From: Peribolospora baueri
Lineage: Eukaryota
Reading direction: 5' to 3'
Length of the DNA: 64,000 nucleotides
Assembly: GCA_029717555.1 (NCBI GenBank)
Contig: JAMDHS010000058.1
Location: 62,001-126,000 of the forward strand
The translations under genes and the position numbers were made by a program. Below the pieces are notes generated by a model, which saw only the letters and a program-made list of their open reading frames with translations, searched no databases and had not been told where the DNA came from. This document shows positions 59,701-64,000 of this stretch, in pieces; position 1 is the stretch's first letter; every line of letters begins with the position of its first letter.

Positions 59701-60222
59701 GATGCCAGCCCCGGCTCTGTGATGCCTTCGTTCTTCGAGAGCGCCGTTGTGGCGCTCGTGGGCTTCCTTGCCTTCTTCGGCACGGGACACCAGGCCACCC
59801 TGCCGAGCATCCAATGGCGCGTCGCTTTCGTGGGCTTCAAGAAGGTCGTCTACCCCTTCTCCCCTCTGCTCGTCATACTCAACTCCTTCGGTCCCTTCCT
59901 TCTCTCCGCGCTCGCTGCCCCTCTTCTCGCGGTGTGGAACGTGAGCCCCGCCACGAGAGGAGAGCCGCCCATGACGCTCGTCTCCCACGTAGCCAAGGCG
60001 TCCCTCGCCTTCCAGCTCTATCACGCCCTCATCACACTCTCCACCGTCCTCTTCGCAGCCCACTTCCGAAGACACCTTATGGTGTGGAAGATTTTCGCGC
60101 CGCGCTTCATGCTCGGCGGTGTATCGCTGCTCACGGCAGACGTGGGGCTTTTACTCGCCGTTGGTGCACTGGCCGTCGTTGCTGGAAAGGTAGCCAGAAC
60201 CTTTGGAACGCGGTTCCTCTAA
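56731..60222 (+). CDS. GPI13: GPI ethanolamine phosphate transferase 3 (PIG-O), single exon, 1163 aa
   Basis: [114 protein letters not shown]. Confidence 0.97.
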   Translation: [1163 protein letters not shown]

Positions 60223-60379
60223 TATCGCTTCAGCGCCGCGCCCAATTCAGTGCTTCCCCTTAAATCATTCACCTGCACTTCATACACGCTCGTTTGCATT
60301 CATTTCTTCATACTTTCTACCTCGCATCGCAACCGACGAAGTAATTGCAGACAGAATAGACGTCGTGATCCCGGACTCC

Positions 60380-64000
<3,621 letters not shown>

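Overview
This is eukaryotic DNA: a GC-rich, intron-rich fungal chromosome segment. GT(G/A)AGT and GTGCGT donors, CTGAC/CTCAC/CTAAC branch points and the gene content point to a basidiomycete yeast; the exact taxon cannot be fixed from sequence. Manual splicing gives 20 protein-coding genes. In order: a partial membrane-protein gene, a hemerythrin/HHE protein, a Btz/CASC3 protein, NDUFAF5, a GNAT acetyltransferase, an Hva1-like Tudor protein, a Q-rich RQPRGP-motif protein, a WW protein, a GH92 mannosidase, a DsbA-like protein, MGM101, RPF1, a PRISE/SirQ-like reductase, a large type II membrane protein, an ABC1 kinase, a Whi3/Scw1-like RRM protein, a Utp8-like protein, FRS1, COX7, GPI13 and partial MEC1/ATR. 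There is also one intron-containing tRNA-Glu(CTC). Most of the window is ordinary housekeeping sequence. I see no CRISPR array, intact transposon, secondary-metabolite cluster or demonstrable new multi-gene system. The best unexplained leads are: a ~1.6 kb repeat-structured spacer between FRS1 and COX7; the 1.1 kb broken-ORF/splice-signal region behind the Btz gene; a small Tudor-like protein ending in di-glycine; the RQPRGP-motif protein; and several microexons. All family assignments come from motif recognition by eye, not database searches, and exon boundaries are predictions.
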